A stretch of 64,000 bases of DNA from Octopus vulgaris. Taxonomy: Eukaryota. The translations under genes were made by a program, and so were the position numbers. The DNA lies in the NCBI GenBank assembly GCA_951406725.2, contig OX597818.1:1-64000 (forward strand), given 5' to 3'. Shown here in pieces: positions 57,856 to 64,000 of the stretch (positions are counted from its first letter, which is position 1; every line of letters begins with the position of its first letter). The notes under the pieces are model-generated. The model ran no database searches, was not told the DNA's origin, and worked only from the letters and a program-made list of their open reading frames with translations.

Positions 57856-59347
57856 CTAAACCTTTAGCATTTAAAACATCCTGCCAAAATGTTCTGCATC
57901 TTTTAAGTTCAAACCAGCCAGATCTGGTCTCTCACACCTACATTGCAGTTATTCTAAAAAGAAGTTATCACATCATCAAAATCAAGATGCTGTGAGATAA
58001 TGCATCATTAATTCAAATCAATGAGAATAAATAGGCAATATATTTGGTAGAACTTGCTCCTGGGTGGATGTTGTTTACCTGGACTTTGCTAAGGCTTTTA
58101 ATTTTGTGCCACACAAAAGACTTATGGTGAAACTCTCTGTAATGGGTGTAAGAGATGATCTCTATAAGTAGTTGAAGTCCTTCATTATCGGCCAAAAAGA
58201 GGACAGCACTCTTCACCCTGGTGTACCACAGGGATCTGTTCTTCGCCCCCTTTTATTTGTTGCATGTGTTAATGATATAGATGCCAACTTAAAGAATGCC
58301 ACAGTGCTGAAATATGCAGATGACATCAAGCTGTACCTCGAAATAAAGAGATCAGATCCTGTACACTATAGATCTCTATTGCAATCAGACCTGGACACAA
58401 TGCAGCAGTGGATCATGGACTGGCCACTCAAGCTGGCTGTGGACAAATGTACCACCATGCATTTTGGGAGGAAAAACCCAGCGTCTACTTACTCCCTCCA
58501 CAACACTAATCTCAAAAAGTCTTCTTGTGAACGTGACCTGGGCATTATTGTCAACAGCGGTTTGCGTTGGACAAAACACATTGCTAAAATTGCCAAGAAA
58601 GCTGAGGGTGTCTTGAAATCACTCACCAAGTCTTTTGTGAGCCGCTCTCCAGCTATCTATCTGAGGCTTTATATAGCTATGGTTTGGCCTCACCTAGAAT
58701 TTGCATCACCGGTCTGGAACCCCTATCTTGCCCAGGATATTAATCATCTGGAAACCGTTTAGCGACGTGCAACCAAGAGAATACCCTCCATCAGGCATTT
58801 GCCATATTCTGAACGCCTTACTTCCCTGGGCATGGATACATTGAAACTCCGACGTCTGGCAGCTGACTTGGCAGACACCCATAAAATTTTTAACCATCTT
58901 ACTAACAATAATTCTGAGCACCTTTTCAAACTCCACCTGTCTAACACCCATGGACATGTTTACAAAGTCAGAAAACAGCACAGCTCCCATGACTTTCGGA
59001 AATATTTTTTCATGCTAAGAGTTGCTGACGTATGGAACGAACTGCCGGCATCGGTTGTTAGTTGTTGGAGCACTACATCCTTCTAAACTTCCATGCTTCC
59101 TGAGATTCGCCAACACTACACCTGATTTTCTCCCCTCCATACACATGCTAGCATGTACCTGACTCATACGCTGTTCACTTCCCAAACATTTGTACATTAC
59201 TGTATATACTTTATACGCACTTTTGACAAGTTGTGGTGCACCTGAGCACTGTATACAATAATTTCATTATTATGATTATTATTATTATTATTATTATTAA
59301 TAATATTATTATTATTATTATCATAATTATCTGAATTCTAAAAGGGA
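57856..59347. mobile_element. piggyBac-like MITE split by a CR1 insertion
   Basis: Left taaacctttagcattta (57858) and right ctgaattctaaaggg (59331) are inverted; CR1 lies between. Confidence 0.5.
58053..59322 (+). pseudogene. CR1-like LINE 3' part with (ATT)n tail
   Basis: VYLDFAKAF, GVPQGSVLRPLLF, KYADDIKL, ERDLGI, PHLEFASPVWNP, YSERL. Confidence 0.9.
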
Positions 59348-60194
59348 AAGGGTCTCTCATGTAGCATGTAAGGCTCTATGTATGTATGCCAAGAGCAATG
59401 CATGTCACAAATGCACACAAGGGATGGAATTTGACCCCCCACCCACAAAAAAAATGTTGATATTTCTGAGTTGAACACAGAAAAACTGTTTTCCAAACAC
59501 AAGACTTTTACTTCAGTGCTCTCTCTTCTCCCCCCCCCCCCCCACCAAATGTTAAATGTACTATGAACCTATGAACATAAACAGATTGACCAAAGAATAC
59601 CATTCCAGACTTTAAAAATTATGGTAGTCAGAGTTTCCTTGTGACTAGACAACATCCCACAATGCATTTGCAGAAACCATACTGATGCTAATAATTGAAA
59701 TAGCTGACTGCTCTCTTTCAGACTCATGAACATTGCATAATGTCACATCTCACTGCTTACTCTTTTGCAATCCAAGGGTAGGAGATTGCTATAAAATATC
59801 TTATGACCAATTGAAACAGTGAAGTTCTTAAATTCCCAAGCTGTAACTATAAACGTCAACTATGTTCTATTTCTCTGTTAAGATATTACATGTGATTTAA
59901 AGCTGCCCTAAAATGTAATCAACATTCTATTTCTCATGGCAGCATGATGTTGCAAAAGCAAACTACAATGCCATCTGTAGGAAAGACTGTCATGGTATAA
60001 ATAACAACACCCCTGTTGTTGAATTTATACATATACAAGACTATCCGTGACCCGTTAGTTCACCTGGAAAGTCTGAGTTTCCCAGCAATGGTGTTTTGTT
60101 TCATGGGATTTTTTTCTTTTCCAGGTTATATCACATGCTTTCAATGAATGTGACATCGAAATCACACGTAAACAGCTCCTTTCCCCAGAAAAGC

Positions 60195-60312
60195 AAGATT
60201 TGGCTGCAATTTCTTGCATGCCCTGCTACCACGTAACAGGTATTTTGGGGTCTTTTATCGCAAATAGCTGTTACGTGGTAGCAGGGTGTGCTAGAAATAG
60301 CAGCCAAATCTT
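60195..60312. repeat. Compact hairpin (~50-nt arms, ~15-nt loop)
   Basis: aagatttggctgc..ccacgtaacag paired with ctgttacgtgg..gcagccaaatctt. Confidence 0.85.
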
Positions 60313-60372
60313 TGGAGCTGAGATACGTTGAATGCACTTGGAAAAATTTTTGTAATGGTATTATTCCTTTGA

Positions 60373-60542
60373 GGCGATCTTTCGCTTTGATTCTCAGAAC
60401 TGTCGCTTTGACTCTCAGAACTATCATCTGGATCAGCTGGTTTTGTTCATTAATTTCCGTAAATTTTTTTATTTATTTGCTTTTGTTTTAAAGTGAAAGA
60501 TAGGAGAAAGTGAAAGATGTATTAAACATGTATATGAAATGG

Positions 60543-60580
<38 letters not shown>

Positions 60581-60940
60581 GAGAGAGAAAGAGAAAAAGA
60601 GCCACTTACACATGCATGAGAACATACATGTTCACTCACACACTCTCTCTTTCTCCCTCTCTCACACACATGCACACGTACATACAAAAAAGATGTACAC
60701 ATATGTATTGATGTATGTACATATACATGACAACACACCCCTTCACTCACTCTCTCTCTCTTTCTCTCTCTCTTCTCTCTCTCTTTCTTTCACACGCACA
60801 TGTCCATTTTATATACATGTTCATACATCTTTCATTTTCTCCTCTCTTTCACTTTAAAACAAAAGTAAATAAATAAAAATGTTTTATGGAAATTAACGAG
60901 CTCCAAATGACAGTTCTGAGAATTAAAGTGAAAGATCGCC
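60373..60940. mobile_element. Foldback MITE with ~200-nt imperfect TIRs
   Basis: ggcgatctttcgctttgattctcagaactgtc paired with gacagttctgagaattaaagtgaaagatcgcc; pairing continues through the microsatellites. Confidence 0.75.
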
Positions 60941-61989
60941 AATCACTTGAAAATAATTTTTAAAAAAACATTAAAATATTTGTTTAAAGAAAGCTAAAAT
61001 ATAAATACTTACTGTACAAACAACTTACATTTTTGAAATCACATTCACTTAAAAATATTTCTAAATGATTAAAATATTGTGTACGTGAAAAAGCTGATGT
61101 TTTTTTTTCTTAGAGAGTGCGAAGACTATGTGTGTGTATATGTTACAGATAGTAGACGTGTGTTTGTGTTGTTTGACATGCCATGGTATTCATTGTATGT
61201 GTGTGTATTCCGTATGTGTTGATGTCATGGAAGCCATGTCTTTTTTTCACTCAAGAAATAACAAACAAAAATTGTGTTTAATCATTTTCATTAATAAATA
61301 GAGGTCCAAATATTACAAAAATTTGTACTACACTGCTGAAGGTAAGTATGAAAATAGATATGCAAAAAAAGTAAGATAAGATATATTATTTCTGAGATAT
61401 TTCGGGTACACACAAACAACTCAAGAGTTTTAGTATTATTAAGATATATATGTATGTACATATATGCATGCATTCATATGAAATCCACATCTGCCCAAGG
61501 TGTGTGGAAAATGACCATCATCCTATGCTCACCTGTGTGTCCTGGAGACTTCCAGTGACATCTTCTATTTGTCCTCATTATCTCTTTTCCTTTTGCCACT
61601 TGACTTATGAAGAAAGTGTGATGGCATTGGTGCTGGCGTCTTAGTTTGCAGAACAACCTGCACAATAAATATTATTATAGAAGGCATGGTTTGTGTAGAG
61701 CCAGTCCAACTCTTTCATCCTTCAATCTTGTGCTGGCCTGGTGCTACAAGTGGCCCAAGCCCAGGATGGAGGATTTGTATGGAGTCACTGTCCCTGCATG
61801 CATATCTACACAAATACATACCAACACAAATAATATTGATGGAACATTCCCGTAAAAAACTTTGACTGTTTGCAAACCGACTTGTTTTAGATATTTAGGA
61901 CAAGAAAGAAAAACCATGCACAGTCAAAGAACTGCCCTGCAGATGTGAACATCATTACCAAAGTCAGAGAGAAGGAAAATACAAGGGTA

Positions 61990-62355
61990 AGTGGCTGTGT
62001 TCAGTTCTGGGTTCAGTCGCACTGTGAGACACCTTGGGCAAGTCTCTTCTACTGTAGCCTTGGGTTGACTAAAGTTATGTGAGTGGATTTGGTAGATGGA
62101 AACTGAAAGAAGCTCACTGTGTGTGTGTGTGTGTGCCTTTGTGTCTGTGTTTGTCCTCTACTACCACTTGACAACTGGCGTTGGTGTGTTTACATCCCCA
62201 TAATTTAGTGGTTTCTCAAAAGAAACTGATAGAAATAGTACCAGGCTTAACAAAAAAATAAGTACTGGGGTCGATGTATTTGACAAAAACGTTTTCAAAG
62301 CAGTGCCTCAGCATGGCCAAAGTCTAATGACTGAAACAAGTTAAAAATAAAAGAA
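61990..62355 (+). mobile_element. SINE family B
   Basis: gggttcagtcgcactgtg..gactgaaacaagttaaaaataaaag. Confidence 0.85.
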
Positions 62356-62359
62356 CTCT

Positions 62360-63590
62360 TTATTCTGTAATTCATTAAAGTGCAAGGATTGAGCAGTAAC
62401 ATCATTTTCCAACATAGTCTTGCTTTCCAATGCAGTTCACAAGTTTGCTTATTCCGTTGGAGAAGATTGTCAGCTGGCTGTACAGACATTTATGCACCCC
62501 TCCCTGCACTTCTTCATCTGTAGTAAATTGACGGTTTCATAAAGGATGCTTGGGCAATCCAAAGAGCTGATAGTTGGAAGAGACATGATCTGGACTGTAT
62601 GCAGGGTGTCCCAGCAGCACGAAACCCAATTTTTCAATGGTTTCAACAGTGTGGGTGGCTGTATGTGGCTGCAGGCATAGTCATGCAACTTGCTTTGATA
62701 ACAAACCTCAGTGTTTGGTGTGAATGGCTGGTTTCAGTTTGTTGACCAGCATCTCACTGTAGCCTTCACTGCTGACAGTAGACCCCCTTTGCAGGTAATG
62801 TTCCTGTATAGGCCGCCCTTTTGTATCCCAGAAAACAGTCAACATCACTTTTTCAGCAGAAGTTTGAGTCTTAAATTACTTTATCGTTGGTAATTTCAGG
62901 AGTTTTCACCCTATACTCTGCCTTTTGGATTCTGGCTCAAAGTGATACACCCAGGTCTCATTTCCTGTGACTATTCTCTCAAAAAAAAAAAATGTCTTCA
63001 TCGTTGAAGTGGTTGAGTAAGTGTTGACAGATCTCCACATGATTGTGTTTATGCATTTCAGTAAACTCTCTTGACACTCATCTCACACAAACTTTATGGA
63101 AGTGAAGTTTGTTGTGGATGATTTCATATGCAGAACCCTAACTAATTTACAGAGAACATGTCACCTCAACGATAGTAACTCATTAGTTCACCAGAACTGT
63201 CTTTTGAGTTTGTTGAATCTTCATGTCAGTGGTGTAAGTTGAGAGGAAAATCTGCTCCCTCTTCACGCTTCACATTTGTCTGGCCCTTTTAAAACTTCTT
63301 GATACACTCATACACACTTCTACTGAAAGCCTGCAATGAATTTCAGCCCCTGACATAACTTCAGATCAGAGAAATTGGATCACTGATCTCTTTTCTTCCT
63401 TGGGGAACAGTGCAGGTGAAGCAGTCACGTTTACTCTGTAACACAAAAAAGAAAACTGGAGTGATCAATGTCAAACCTCAGTTAGGCAACCACAAGAGTA
63501 CCACCTTTTAGCACGCAAGCACTGAAATCCATGTGGCCAACCTGAAGAAAGTTTTAGCAAAAGTTCAGGTAATTTTTGACTTCCCTATCT
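62360..63590 (-). pseudogene. Decayed mariner transposon
   Basis: RIVTGNETWVYHFEPESKRQS (TGDETW), LHDYA, GHPAYSPDHVSSNY (YSPDL); TIR-like tttttgacttccct at ~63573-63586. Confidence 0.85.
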
Positions 63591-64000
63591 ATGGACAACT
63601 CTTTCAAAATCTGCCACCAGGGCCATCAAGCAGCATTATATAGTACTGGATAAATCAATAGACTGGGCCCTATAGAATATATATTTTTAGACAGCAAACC
63701 ATGCAACAAACATAGATCAGAACTGGGTCCTGAGACCCATGAGGCTCTCATGCAACTGCCTACTATGTTCATGTTTTAAGACAGCAGTGCCTGTAGTTTC
63801 TCTATTCTGGTTACAAATTCACATTTGCACCAATAATCATTGGTACACTTGGTTATGTTAATAAATGCCGAAGTAACAATCTGGAAAAGTAAGGATTTTT
63901 AAATAAGGAAGGAGACCTGCTAACACAAAATTTATAGACATACATACAAACACATACACATACATACAAACATACATATACATAAAAACAAATACACATG

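Overview
Eukaryotic, AT-rich, microsatellite-saturated DNA with no recognisable host protein-coding gene. The SINE families and giant (TA)n/(TACA)n/(TAA)n arrays suggest an octopus or other coleoid cephalopod intron or intergenic region (inference). The window is a nest of transposon relics: two CR1-like LINEs (one with a 512-aa open RT), two RTE LINEs (one with a PHD-like C4HC3 finger inside the RT), a Dong/R4-like RLE fragment in (TAA)n, a Vingi/Ingi-like 3' end, two decayed Penelope-like element (PLE) RTs, a mariner fossil, Helentron-like and piggyBac-like non-autonomous elements, and many tRNA-derived SINEs. The main hidden signal is non-coding. About 18 minimal type-I hammerhead ribozyme (HHR) motifs from at least six sequence families sit in short non-autonomous elements, many arranged as head-to-head foldbacks in which one arm carries an extra 3' tail (a PLE-type insertion signature). 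One family, present twice, joins a tRNA-derived Pol III head to an HHR-bearing PLE-like tail and is a candidate PLE-mobilised ribozyme SINE. In two foldbacks the inversion junction holds a copy of the local flanking DNA. All alignments and folds were done by eye and boundaries are approximate.
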